Of a stretch of 64,000 bases of DNA, positions 55,047 to 64,000 are shown piece after piece. Positions within the stretch are counted from its first letter, which is position 1, and every line of letters starts with the position of its first letter. The translations under genes and the position numbers were made by a program. The notes beneath the pieces are model-generated. The model was not told the DNA's origin. It did no database searches and was given only the letters and a program-made list of their open reading frames with translations. Source of the DNA: Alphaproteobacteria bacterium (GTDB taxonomy: Bacteria; Pseudomonadota; Alphaproteobacteria; UBA9655); NCBI GenBank assembly GCA_019746105.1, contig JAIESK010000023.1, forward strand, positions 8,982 to 72,981, given 5' to 3'.

Positions 55047-56002
55047 AAAAAACGGCCGTTGTTCTTTTTAATCTAGGGGGACCCTCTTCACAAGAAGAGG
55101 TTAAGACGTTCCTATTTAATCTTTTTTACGATCCGGCTATTTTGACGTTTCCTAACCCCTTTCGTTACCTTTTAGCAAAAATCATTGCCAAAAAAAGACT
55201 TAAGAAAGCAAAAGAGATTTACTCCTTCTTGGGAGGAGGATCTCCTCTTTTAAAAAACACACAGATTCAAGCTTTGGCCCTAGAGAGAGAGTTGGGGCTG
55301 AATTACAAGGTTTTTATTGCTATGCGTTATGCCCCCCCTTTGATAGAAGAGGTGTGGAGGAAGGTAGAAGCCTTTTCTCCTGAAGAGATAATTCTTGTTC
55401 CCCTTTATCCTCAATTTTCAACTACAACTACAGGTTCCAGCCTTAAAGCATGGAAAAAGGTTTCAAAAAGTAAACTCTTCCACACGCGCATTATCCCTTT
55501 TTATCCTATGGAAAAGGGTTTTCTTGGCGCTCTTAAAGAGAGAACAATGTTTCATTATCAGAAGGCCAAAAAAGTGGGACATCCAAAAGTTTTGCTAACC
55601 GCTCACGGATTACCTGAAAAATTTATTCAAAAGGGGGATCCCTATCAAAAGCAGGTAGAAGAAACTGCAAGTTCCCTTATTAACGCTTTAGGGATACCTG
55701 ATCTGGATTATACTCTTTGTTATCAAAGCCGTGTAGGCCCTTTAAAATGGACTGAACCTTCTCTTGAAGAGCAAGTTTTAAAAGCTTCGCAAGAGAAACG
55801 GCCTCTTGTTATTGTGCCAATCTCCTTTGTTTCAGAACATTCTGAAACCCTTGTAGAGCTTGACATAGTTTATCGAAACAAAGCTTGTGAAGAAGGCTGC
55901 CCTTCTTACCACCGTGTCGAGACCGTACAAACTCATCCCCTTTTTATTAAAGGACTCGCAAATCTCATTATCTGTGCTGAGGAAAATTCTTATGCTCTCT
56001 GA
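55043..56002 (+). CDS. hemH: ferrochelatase
   Basis: 319 aa. Blocks AVVLFNLGGP, LYPQFS and SFVSEHSETL. Confidence 0.9.
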   Translation: MKKTAVVLFNLGGPSSQEEVKTFLFNLFYDPAILTFPNPFRYLLAKIIAKKRLKKAKEIYSFLGGGSPLLKNTQIQALALERELGLNYKVFIAMRYAPPLIEEVWRKVEAFSPEEIILVPLYPQFSTTTTGSSLKAWKKVSKSKLFHTRIIPFYPMEKGFLGALKERTMFHYQKAKKVGHPKVLLTAHGLPEKFIQKGDPYQKQVEETASSLINALGIPDLDYTLCYQSRVGPLKWTEPSLEEQVLKASQEKRPLVIVPISFVSEHSETLVELDIVYRNKACEEGCPSYHRVETVQTHPLFIKGLANLIICAEENSYAL

Positions 56003-56435
56003 TTATTATTTCACTTTAAAATCTCTTCACATTTTGGCAGTGATTGCATGGATGGCAGGTCTTTTATACTTACCGCGGCTGTTTATCTATCATAAGGAGT
56101 TTGATTTAGGATCAAAGGGGTATGAAACATTTTGCCGTATGGAAAAGCGTCTTTTGAAGATCATTATGCTTCCTTCTCTTCTTATGAGCTTTTTTTTTGG
56201 TATTCTTCTCGCCTTTGCCACAAATGCTTGGAGCATGCCATGGTTTCATGTTAAATTTTTTCTCGTGCTTTGTTTGGCTGCTTTTCATGGCTATCTTTCA
56301 ACAATAGCTAAAACTTTTTCCAGAGGGGAGTATCCAGCTATTTCAGATAAAACCTTACGACTCTTGAATGAACTTCCCTTTTTATTGGCCATTTTTATTG
56401 TTTTTCTTGCTGTTTTTAAACCTAATTTTCATTAA
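55992..56435 (+). CDS. hemJ: protoporphyrinogen IX oxidase HemJ (CopD-like membrane protein)
   Basis: ATG at 55992 overlaps the hemH stop. HILAVIAWMAGLLYLPRLFIYH is typical of HemJ. The longer track ORF (from 55887) would run inside hemH. Confidence 0.8.
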   Translation: MLSDYYFTLKSLHILAVIAWMAGLLYLPRLFIYHKEFDLGSKGYETFCRMEKRLLKIIMLPSLLMSFFFGILLAFATNAWSMPWFHVKFFLVLCLAAFHGYLSTIAKTFSRGEYPAISDKTLRLLNELPFLLAIFIVFLAVFKPNFH

Positions 56436-56521
56436 GAGGGAGATTAATAAAAAAACACTTGTGTTTTCTTTGAAAATTTGGCAAACATACTGGAGTCCTA
56501 GTTTAAAATCCCAGAGAAAAT

Positions 56522-57778
56522 ATGAATCTAAAAACCTTGAAGTCTAAAACCCCTGTTGAACTTTTGTCTATGGCAGAAGAGCAAGAAATCGAAAACGCCA
56601 GCACCCTCCGTAAACAAGATATGATGTTTGCAATTTTGAAAAGAATGGCAGAAAAAGGTGAAGCTATTTTTGGAAGTGGTGTTGTTGAAATTTTACAGGA
56701 TGGGTTTGCCTTTTTAAGGTCTCCTGAAGCAAACTATTTGCCTGGTCCCGATGATATTTATGTATCCCCGAGTCAGGTCAGAAAATTTAGCTTGAGGACG
56801 GGAGATACAGTTGAGGGGGAAATTCGTGCCCCTAAAGATGGAGAAAGATATTTTGCTCTTTTAAAAGTTAATACTATTAATGCTCAACCCCCCGAAGTGA
56901 TCAAGCATCGCCTTAACTTTGACAACCTAACCCCGCTTTATCCTGATGAAAAGCTTAATCTTGAAATTGAAGATCCAACCTATAAGGGGTTAACACAACG
57001 CGTCATTGAGTTGGTCGCTCCTATTGGAAAAGGTCAACGTGCGCTTATTGTTGCGCCTCCACGTTCTGGTAAAACCGTGATGATGCAGAATATTGCTTAC
57101 TCTATTTCTGTAAATCATCCAGAAGTTACGCTTATGGTTTTGCTTATTGATGAACGACCTGAAGAAGTTACAGATATGGCTCGCTCTGTAAAGGGTGAGG
57201 TTATTAGTTCAACTTTTGATGAACCAGCGTCTCGTCACGTTCAAGTTGCTGAAATGGTTATAGAAAAAGCAAAGCGCCTTGTTGAATTAAAAAATGACGT
57301 TGTTATTCTCTTGGATAACATTACCCGTCTCGCTCGTGCTTATAATACGGTTGTGCCTTCTTCCGGTAAGGTTCTTACTGGGGGTGTTGATGCAAATGCT
57401 CTCCAACGCCCCAAACGATTTTTTGGAGCGGCCAGAAACATTGAAGAGGGAGGATCGTTGACAATTATATCCACAGCGTTGGTTGATACGGGATCACGTA
57501 TGGATGAAGTTATCTTTGAAGAATTCAAAGGAACAGGAAATGCGGAAATTGTCCTTGATCGTAAGCTTTCTGATAAACGGACGTTCCCAGCTATTGATAT
57601 TACAAAATCAGGAACACGAAAAGAAGAACTACTTATTGATAAAGACGCTTTAACAAAAATGTGGGTTTTGAGGCGAATTCTAATTCCTATGGGGACTACG
57701 GACGGAATGGAATTCCTTCTTGAAAAACTCAGAAACACAAAGAATAATGGTGAATTCTTTGAGTCAATGAATTCCTAA
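56522..57778 (+). CDS. rho: transcription termination factor Rho
   Basis: 418 aa. N-terminal LK.K...EL, RNA-binding OB region, Walker A APPRSGKT, and [22 protein letters not shown]. Confidence 0.95.
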   Translation: MNLKTLKSKTPVELLSMAEEQEIENASTLRKQDMMFAILKRMAEKGEAIFGSGVVEILQDGFAFLRSPEANYLPGPDDIYVSPSQVRKFSLRTGDTVEGEIRAPKDGERYFALLKVNTINAQPPEVIKHRLNFDNLTPLYPDEKLNLEIEDPTYKGLTQRVIELVAPIGKGQRALIVAPPRSGKTVMMQNIAYSISVNHPEVTLMVLLIDERPEEVTDMARSVKGEVISSTFDEPASRHVQVAEMVIEKAKRLVELKNDVVILLDNITRLARAYNTVVPSSGKVLTGGVDANALQRPKRFFGAARNIEEGGSLTIISTALVDTGSRMDEVIFEEFKGTGNAEIVLDRKLSDKRTFPAIDITKSGTRKEELLIDKDALTKMWVLRRILIPMGTTDGMEFLLEKLRNTKNNGEFFESMNS

Positions 57779-57779
57779 A

Positions 57780-58403
57780 ATGGATAAAAATGTTTCACGT
57801 GAAACATTTGAAAAGTTAAAAGTCTATCAACAGACTTTAGAGACGTGGCAAAAAAGACTTAATTTGATTTCATCTTCAACTCTTCCTAATATTTGGGAAA
57901 GGCATTTTGAAGATTCTTTGCAGCTTTTGCCCTATTTACCTTCTACTAAAACTAAGCTTATTGATTTAGGAAGTGGGGCTGGGTTTCCAGGACTCGTTCT
58001 TGCTATTGCAAGGTCTGATTTTTTAAATGTAACTCTTATAGAATCAGACTTAAAGAAGTGTGTTTTTTTAGAAAATGTTTCACGTGAAACAAATACGTCT
58101 GTAACAATTTTAAATGAGCGTATAGAAACCTTAAAAAATTCATTGAAATTTGACGTTATTACAGCACGAGGCTTAACATCTCTTTCCTCTCTTATTGAGT
58201 ATGCTGTCCCCTTAATGGATGTGAATAGTGTTTGTCTCTTTTTAAAGGGAAAGGAATTTGAAAGTGAAATTAAAAATAGTCGAAAAAAGTGGGATTTTAA
58301 TCTTGAAATTTTTCCGAGTTTAACCGATTCTAGGGGAAGAATTTTAAGAATAACCCATCCAAAAAAGGTCTCTTCCCATGACAAAAATAATAGCAGTTGT
58401 TAA
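57780..58403 (+). CDS. rsmG: 16S rRNA (guanine527-N7)-methyltransferase
   Basis: 207 aa. SAM motif LIDLGSGAGFPGL. Starts 2 nt after the rho stop. Confidence 0.9.
   Translation: MDKNVSRETFEKLKVYQQTLETWQKRLNLISSSTLPNIWERHFEDSLQLLPYLPSTKTKLIDLGSGAGFPGLVLAIARSDFLNVTLIESDLKKCVFLENVSRETNTSVTILNERIETLKNSLKFDVITARGLTSLSSLIEYAVPLMDVNSVCLFLKGKEFESEIKNSRKKWDFNLEIFPSLTDSRGRILRITHPKKVSSHDKNNSSC
57791..57806. promoter_or_regulatory. parS centromere site, perfect palindrome TGTTTCACGTGAAACA
   Basis: Exact 16-bp consensus at 57791-57806 inside rsmG (encodes N-VSRET). Confidence 0.8.
58076..58091. promoter_or_regulatory. parS centromere site, perfect palindrome TGTTTCACGTGAAACA
   Basis: Exact 16-bp consensus at 58076-58091 inside rsmG (again encodes N-VSRET). 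Confidence 0.8.
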
Positions 58404-59166
58404 TCAAAAAGGGGGGGTTGGAAAGACAACGACGACAATAAATTTAGCAACCGCATTTTCTACTATCGGTAAGAAGATTCTTATTATAGATTTTGACCCT
58501 CAAGGAAATGCCACAACTGGGTTGGGAATAATTGACAAAACAAAAATGAGTGGAAGCTATGATGTTCTCATAGGAAAAGTCCCTCTTCAGTATGCTTATC
58601 TTAGGACAAATATTCCAAATCTTTATATATTACCCGCAAATGTACATCTCTCAGGGGCAGAAATTGAACTTGTTAGCCTTAATCATAGAGAGAGTCTTCT
58701 TAAAAACGCTTTAAACGGTATTAATAACTTCGACTATATTTTTATTGATTGTCCTCCATCTCTGGGTCTTTTAACATTAAATGCCCTTGTTGCTACAAAT
58801 TCTGTGTTGATTCCACTCCAGTGTGAATTTTATGCTTTAGAAGGTCTCAGTCAAATTTTAGCCACGCTTAATCAAGTGCGTAAAAATCTCAACCCAACTA
58901 TTGAATTACAAGGGATTGTTCTAACAATGTTTGATGCGCGGAGTAATCTTAATACTCAAGTTGCTGCTGATGTTCGTCTTCACTTGAAAGATAAAGTCTA
59001 TCAAACTCAAATTCCGCGTAATATACGTCTTGCAGAGGCTCCGTCTTTTGGGAAGCCAGCTGTTATATACGATTTAAAATGTTACGGATCCCAATCCTAT
59101 TTACAGTTAGCAAAAGAAATCTTAACCCAAGAGGGGGTATTTCATGAAGGAGAGACTGCAGCATGA
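58378..59166 (+). CDS. parA: chromosome partitioning ATPase ParA
   Basis: 262 aa. Deviant Walker A is NQKGGVGKTTT. Confidence 0.9.
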   Translation: MTKIIAVVNQKGGVGKTTTTINLATAFSTIGKKILIIDFDPQGNATTGLGIIDKTKMSGSYDVLIGKVPLQYAYLRTNIPNLYILPANVHLSGAEIELVSLNHRESLLKNALNGINNFDYIFIDCPPSLGLLTLNALVATNSVLIPLQCEFYALEGLSQILATLNQVRKNLNPTIELQGIVLTMFDARSNLNTQVAADVRLHLKDKVYQTQIPRNIRLAEAPSFGKPAVIYDLKCYGSQSYLQLAKEILTQEGVFHEGETAA

Positions 59167-60032
59167 GTGAACTTAAGAGACAAGTTTTAGGGCGTGGTCT
59201 TTCAGCTCTATTAGATCCAACTTCTCCTCATGAGGATATACGAGAAGATGTCTCTCCTCATACTCTTTCTGTTGACACCCTTGTTCCTGGAAAAAATCAA
59301 CCCCGGTATTCTTTTCCTGAGGAAGATCTAGACTCTCTTTCTCTTTCCATTCAAGAAAAGGGAGTTTTGCAACCGATTTTGGTCCGAAGACTTTTAAATC
59401 AAAATGGAAAATATGAAATTGTTGCAGGGGAAAGAAGATGGCGTGCCGCAAAGAAAGCAGGTCTTTCTGAAATTCCTGTCATAATAAAAGATTTTACGGA
59501 TCGCGAAGCTTTAGAAGTTGGCCTTTTAGAAAATATTCAAAGGCAAGATCTCAATCCTATTGAAGAAGCAGAAGGTTATCGCCGGCTTGCGGAAGAATTT
59601 AATCATACCCAAGAATCTCTTTCTCGCGCTTTAGGTAAAAGTAGGAGCCATATAGCGAATACACTTCGATTATTAACTCTGCCAAAAAAAATAAGAGATT
59701 ATTTAACGGAAGGAAAACTTTCCTCAAGTCATGGTAGGGCTCTAGTGAGTGCCGATGATCCTGAAAGGCTTGCTGACCTTATTTTGGAAAAAGGATTGAG
59801 CGTAAGAGAAACGGAAGATTTACGTAAGCCTTCTAGTGGAAAGAAGATATCATTGAGGAATACACCATCTGATCCCGAAAAGGAGGTACTTTGCCAACAT
59901 ATCTCTGATCTATTAGGAATATCCATCGATTTAACCCTCAAGGGTGAGGGGGGGAAAATTATTATTCCTTTTAATGATCCCACTGAGCTTGATCAAATTT
60001 TGCAGAAATTTAATCAAATCAAGGGGGATTAG
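59163..60032 (+). CDS. parB: chromosome partitioning protein ParB
   Basis: 289 aa. ParB box IVAGERRWRAA, with HTH region LGKSRSHIANTLRLL. Confidence 0.9.
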   Translation: MSELKRQVLGRGLSALLDPTSPHEDIREDVSPHTLSVDTLVPGKNQPRYSFPEEDLDSLSLSIQEKGVLQPILVRRLLNQNGKYEIVAGERRWRAAKKAGLSEIPVIIKDFTDREALEVGLLENIQRQDLNPIEEAEGYRRLAEEFNHTQESLSRALGKSRSHIANTLRLLTLPKKIRDYLTEGKLSSSHGRALVSADDPERLADLILEKGLSVRETEDLRKPSSGKKISLRNTPSDPEKEVLCQHISDLLGISIDLTLKGEGGKIIIPFNDPTELDQILQKFNQIKGD

Positions 60033-60949
60033 CTTTTTAAGCAATGCAAGAGACGTCGTTCTAGAGCCGTAAAGTTGAGAGTTGAAAATTTAATATCTTG
60101 CTCTGCCTTTAAAAGAGTCTCTAAAAAATGTAAAACCTCTTTTTCTTTCCATCGAGAAAGGGCTTTTTCATAAAGTGGCTGTTCTTTAAAAAAAATAGGT
60201 GGTGTGAGTGTTGTCCATGGAATAGCTTTTCCTGTCGCTTTGATAGAAAGTAGATTTAAGAGAGTTTGAAATGACCGGCTTAAAGTCCTCAAAAGAGGAA
60301 TAAGTTCAGTTTTGTTTGCCATTGAAAAACAAAGCAAAGCTTCCTTTATATTCTTTAATAAGAAAGCTTGGGTTAAAAGTCCGCTCTCATCATGTAAAGA
60401 AGAAGATTGAAGGAAAAGGGAATAATCTTCTTCTCTAAGGTCTCCAAAAAGTCTTATTTTATCAAGTGTGCTTAAAAGCCCCCCCCAATCGTTCTGATAG
60501 GTTTTAAAGAGATTCGTTTGGAATGATACGGGGAGAGTTAATTCCTGCGTTAGAAACTCAAATTCAGAGGACGACAATGGAGCTGTATAAGCAGCAATTG
60601 CAAGAGAAGTTGCAGATCCTGAAAAAAAAGTAACTAACTTTGATTGAGCCCGTGCCTTTTGGGATGTAAAAACATAGATTCCTTCCTTGAGATGCTCAAG
60701 AAGAGGGATGATCTTATCCGTTACATTTGAAATTAAGGTAAGTGAGGGAAGAGAATTTTCAAATAAGGAAAGCTTTAGTTGGGGGGGAGTGCGGAGTTCT
60801 TCTTCTGTTTTAGATTCAAACGTTGCTGCAAATTTTTTTTGTAGAAAGAGGAGCGTTCTTTCAAAAACCTCTTCATCATTTCCGTAAATAAGAAATTGAT
60901 TGTACTTTTGAAGAGGTGTTTGAAAAAGGGCTGGAAAATTAATTTTCAT
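60029..60949 (-). CDS. holA: DNA polymerase III delta subunit
   Basis: 306 aa. The call rests mainly on size and the conserved leuS-lptE-holA order, and sequence conservation is weak. Confidence 0.6.
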   Translation of the reverse strand: MKINFPALFQTPLQKYNQFLIYGNDEEVFERTLLFLQKKFAATFESKTEEELRTPPQLKLSLFENSLPSLTLISNVTDKIIPLLEHLKEGIYVFTSQKARAQSKLVTFFSGSATSLAIAAYTAPLSSSEFEFLTQELTLPVSFQTNLFKTYQNDWGGLLSTLDKIRLFGDLREEDYSLFLQSSSLHDESGLLTQAFLLKNIKEALLCFSMANKTELIPLLRTLSRSFQTLLNLLSIKATGKAIPWTTLTPPIFFKEQPLYEKALSRWKEKEVLHFLETLLKAEQDIKFSTLNFTALERRLLHCLKS

Positions 60950-61439
60950 TACAGGAATTAAGGTAAGTTGTAATGAGGAGAGAAATATTTTCAGCTAAAA
61001 CCTGAGCAACTTCTCGTATGACGTATTGTTGTGCTGTTAAATCAGAATAGTAGTTTTGATTGATAATAGAAAATGAATTGATAGCACTTGTGGTATGTTG
61101 ATAAACAATCTTATTTGTTTTCATATCCTTTAAGGTAAAATTAGCTGTAAGAGTCGCTTGCTTTCGGCTTGTCGATTCATCTTTATTAATACCTGTACTG
61201 CTAATAGTCTCTGTAAGGTTTACATCCAAGAAGTACTGAGGATGAGGTGGTGTTCCCTCTGGGGTTAAAAGATCAACAAGGCTATTTCGTAAAATTTGAC
61301 CATTTCGGTCAGCAATAACGCCAATTTTTATGGGATAGGAAGTATTGTTCCTCCCATTATAAGGTGTATAGAGGGGGTGAAAACCACACCCTGCTAAGGA
61401 AAACAAAAGACAAAAAGAAATAAGTCTATAAAACCACAT
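60939..61439 (-). CDS. lptE: LPS-assembly lipoprotein LptE
   Basis: 166 aa. Lipobox [13 protein letters not shown]. Position after leuS. Confidence 0.7.
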   Translation of the reverse strand: MWFYRLISFCLLFSLAGCGFHPLYTPYNGRNNTSYPIKIGVIADRNGQILRNSLVDLLTPEGTPPHPQYFLDVNLTETISSTGINKDESTSRKQATLTANFTLKDMKTNKIVYQHTTSAINSFSIINQNYYSDLTAQQYVIREVAQVLAENISLLITTYLNSCNEN

Positions 61440-63966
61440 TAGCGATTTTTCCTTGAATATAAATAAACTTCTTAATTACCTTATCCTGAACGTGTGGTTT
61501 AACAAAGGGCAAATCTAAAATAAGAGCCCGCGCTTCTTCTTCTTCTAGACGAGGGGATATTTCAAAAGCACCGCGCATTTTACCATTAACTTGAATGGCA
61601 ATAGTTACCTTATCCTCAGTTAAATATTCAGCCTCAGTCTTGGGCCAAGGTTGATTGATGATAAAGGGAGGATGCCCCAATTCTGCCCAGAGAGCTTCTG
61701 CTAAATGAGGCAAAGCAGGTGAGACAATTAAAACAAGGGTATGAAGAGCTTCATTCAAAGCCCACCATTCAGAAGGATTGGAAGGGGAAAACTCCTCAAG
61801 AGAATTCGAAAATTCTCTTAAACGCGCGATGTAGCGATTGTAATGAAAACGTTCAATGTCTTGGGTGACATGAAAAAGAGTTTTATGAGTTAATTTTTGA
61901 ATCTTTATGGCATTTGGTGTTAATTGTAAGGGGCGCTCTTCCCTCTTTATGTTCTTTATCTCTGATAAATGAGATGTAACAAGACGCCACAGCTTATTAA
62001 TATAGCGCCAGCTTCCTTCAATACCAGCCTCTGTCCATTCAAAATCTCTTTCGGGGGGACTGTCGGAAAGCATAAAGAGGCGGGCTGTATCTGCTCCATA
62101 TTCCTCAACGATTTTTGCAGCAGGAACAACGTTAAATTTTGATTTGCTCATTTTTTCAGAGCGGCCAACAGTTATTGGTGTGTTATCGGAAATTTTTACA
62201 AAACGCCCCTCTTGTTTTTCAACCTCGTGGGGATAAAGCCAAGAGCCGGTTTGATCTTGATAGGTCTCGTGGCAAACCATTCCTTGGGTCAGAAGGTTTT
62301 TAAAAGGTTCTGATAAGGTCCAATATCCACAAGCTTTTAAAGCTTTTGTGAAAAATCGAGAATATAAGAGATGGAGAATAGCATGTTCAATCCCTCCAAT
62401 ATATTGATCCACTGGCATCCAAAATTCAGCCTTGTCCTTTTCAAAAGGTTGAAGGGCATGAGGTGAGCAAAAACGCGCAAAATACCATGAAGATTCAATG
62501 AAAGTATCAAATGTATCTGTTTCTCTCTCAGCAGGCTTATTACATTGAGGACAATCAACAATTTTCCACGTGGGATGGAGGTCTAAAGGATTTCCAGGTT
62601 GATCAAAAACAACATCTTGTGGAAGCACAACTGGTAATTGGTCTTCAGGGACGGGAACAATTCCACAATGTGAGCAATGAATAATAGGAATAGGACAGCC
62701 CCAATAACGTTGCCGTGAAACTCCCCAATCTCGCAATTTGTAGGTTACCTCTGAGGCCCCGATTTTTTCTTTTACCAAATGTTCAATGGCAACTTTCTTT
62801 GCTTCTTGCGTCTCAAGACCATTTAAAAAATGGGAATTAATAAGAATCCCTTCTCCTTCATAGGGTAAGGGAGAATCGGAAGGTCCTTTGACGACGGGAA
62901 GTACGGGAAGTGTATATTTTAAGGCAAATTCATAATCACGTAAATCATGTGCAGGACAGCCAAAAACAATGCCTGTTCCATAATCCATAAGAACAAAATT
63001 AGCTACATAAATTGGAAGTTTAACATCCTTTAAAAAAGGATGCCTGACAAAAAGGCCCGTATTAAAACCCTTTTTTTCAGCTGTATCTAATTCTTTTTGA
63101 CTTGTTCCCATAGCGCGACATTCGGCAATGAATGTTTGAAGGGCAGGGATGGTTTTAGCTAGATTTTCTATAAAGGGGTGATCCGGAGAAATACCAATAA
63201 AAGCGGCACCAAAAATGGTGTCAGGACGGGTTGTAAATACCTCTAAAGTTTCTTCCCTTTCAAGAAGAGGAAATTGAATTCTAGCTCCCTCAGAGCGACC
63301 AATCCAATTAACTTGCATCGTTTTAACTTGTTCAGGCCAATGATCTAATTGAGCTAAATCATCGAGAAGTTCTTGAGCAAAATCTGTAATTTTAAGGAAC
63401 CATTGAGAAAGCTTTCTGCGCTCGATGGGAGCTCCAGAGCGCCATCCTTTTCCATCGATAACCTGTTCATTAGCCAAGACTGTTCCTTCAACAGGATCCC
63501 AATTCACAAAGGATTCTTTTCGATAAGCAATTCCCTTTTTTAAAAAATCTAAAAATATTTTTTGTTCGTGAACATAATAGTCGGGAGAACAACTGAGGAT
63601 TTCTCGACTCCAATCATAGGAAATCCCTAAGGATTCGAATTCTTCTTTCATAAGCCGGACATTTTCAAGAGTCCATGTTTGTGGATGAACCTTATGCTGA
63701 ATGGCTGCATTTTCAGCTGGAAGGCCAAAAGCATCCCACCCCATAGGGTGAAGAACGGAATAGCCACAACATCTCTTGTAACGGGCAATGACATCCCCAA
63801 TAATATAATTACGTACATGTCCCATGTGAAGGCGACCAGAAGGATAGGGGAACATCTCTAAAACATAATATTTTGGTGAGTTTTCTTCGGCCTTATAAAC
63901 AGAGGCCTCAGACCATGCTTGTTGCCACTTTATTTCATTTTCTCGAAAATTGTATCGCGTGTTCAT
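61426..63966 (-). CDS. leuS: leucyl-tRNA synthetase
   Basis: 846 aa. HIGH-type motif HMGHVRNY, and KMSKS present. Confidence 0.95.
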   Translation of the reverse strand: MNTRYNFRENEIKWQQAWSEASVYKAEENSPKYYVLEMFPYPSGRLHMGHVRNYIIGDVIARYKRCCGYSVLHPMGWDAFGLPAENAAIQHKVHPQTWTLENVRLMKEEFESLGISYDWSREILSCSPDYYVHEQKIFLDFLKKGIAYRKESFVNWDPVEGTVLANEQVIDGKGWRSGAPIERRKLSQWFLKITDFAQELLDDLAQLDHWPEQVKTMQVNWIGRSEGARIQFPLLEREETLEVFTTRPDTIFGAAFIGISPDHPFIENLAKTIPALQTFIAECRAMGTSQKELDTAEKKGFNTGLFVRHPFLKDVKLPIYVANFVLMDYGTGIVFGCPAHDLRDYEFALKYTLPVLPVVKGPSDSPLPYEGEGILINSHFLNGLETQEAKKVAIEHLVKEKIGASEVTYKLRDWGVSRQRYWGCPIPIIHCSHCGIVPVPEDQLPVVLPQDVVFDQPGNPLDLHPTWKIVDCPQCNKPAERETDTFDTFIESSWYFARFCSPHALQPFEKDKAEFWMPVDQYIGGIEHAILHLLYSRFFTKALKACGYWTLSEPFKNLLTQGMVCHETYQDQTGSWLYPHEVEKQEGRFVKISDNTPITVGRSEKMSKSKFNVVPAAKIVEEYGADTARLFMLSDSPPERDFEWTEAGIEGSWRYINKLWRLVTSHLSEIKNIKREERPLQLTPNAIKIQKLTHKTLFHVTQDIERFHYNRYIARLREFSNSLEEFSPSNPSEWWALNEALHTLVLIVSPALPHLAEALWAELGHPPFIINQPWPKTEAEYLTEDKVTIAIQVNGKMRGAFEISPRLEEEEARALILDLPFVKPHVQDKVIKKFIYIQGKIANVVL

Positions 63967-64000
63967 AGAGAATTCTTTTTATTTTATGGTTTTTTTGCGG

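Noticed and set aside
1-64000. A search for tRNA, rRNA, tmRNA, CRISPR repeats, IS elements or transposases, integrases, toxin-antitoxin pairs and known defence-system genes.
   Set aside because: None was recognised. The only gaps longer than 150 nt are 404-615, 3291-3442, 31547-31735, 37743-37936, 40601-40865 and 53631-54020. They show no cloverleaf-like or repeat-spacer structure by eye. A covariance-model scan (tRNAscan-SE or Infernal) would be needed to exclude small ncRNAs.

Overview
This window looks like an origin-proximal chromosomal segment of a low-GC alphaproteobacterium. The synteny supporting that is tsaD<>hemC-hemD-(HemX/Mic60-like)-(HemY-like), MucR/Ros, Irr, olsBA, dnaQ-coaE<>hemE-hemH-hemJ, rho-rsmG-parAB and leuS-lptE-holA. 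I cannot name the organism from the sequence alone. About 65 tightly packed protein genes are supported. I saw no rRNA, tRNA, CRISPR array, IS element or integrase.

Most of the content is housekeeping:
- heme synthesis
- lipid A/Kdo genes (msbA, waaA, lpxK, lpxL)
- tRNA/rRNA modification
- cytochrome bd (cydAB)
- a YbhGFSR-type ABC-2 efflux set
- an osmoprotectant ABC importer
- a complete leucine-catabolism (liu) cluster
- ornithine-lipid genes

A candidate oriC lies in the coaE<>hemE gap and carries two perfect TTATCCACA DnaA boxes. Two perfect 16-bp parS palindromes lie inside rsmG about 4 kb away.

The one clearly accessory block is 31.7-37.8 kb. It is a lasso-peptide-type RiPP operon: a fused RRE/protease B, an Asn-synthetase-like cyclase C and an ABC exporter D. 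An S9 beta-propeller serine peptidase heads the operon where a precursor gene would normally sit. I could not find a convincing precursor ORF. The block appears more AT-rich than its flanks and sits between the liu operon and comF/folD.

Other points worth a second look:
- a stand-alone, strongly signalled gene for a 52-aa secreted peptide with 9 cysteines, next to the origin
- an RfaH-like NusG paralog followed by an ops-like GCGGTAGC element in front of a sugar-modification operon that contains a WbpB-WbpD-type fusion
- a short Mic60/HemX-like protein in hem synteny
- a MucR homolog with a degenerate zinc site
- a strong terminator butted directly against the irr ribosome-binding site
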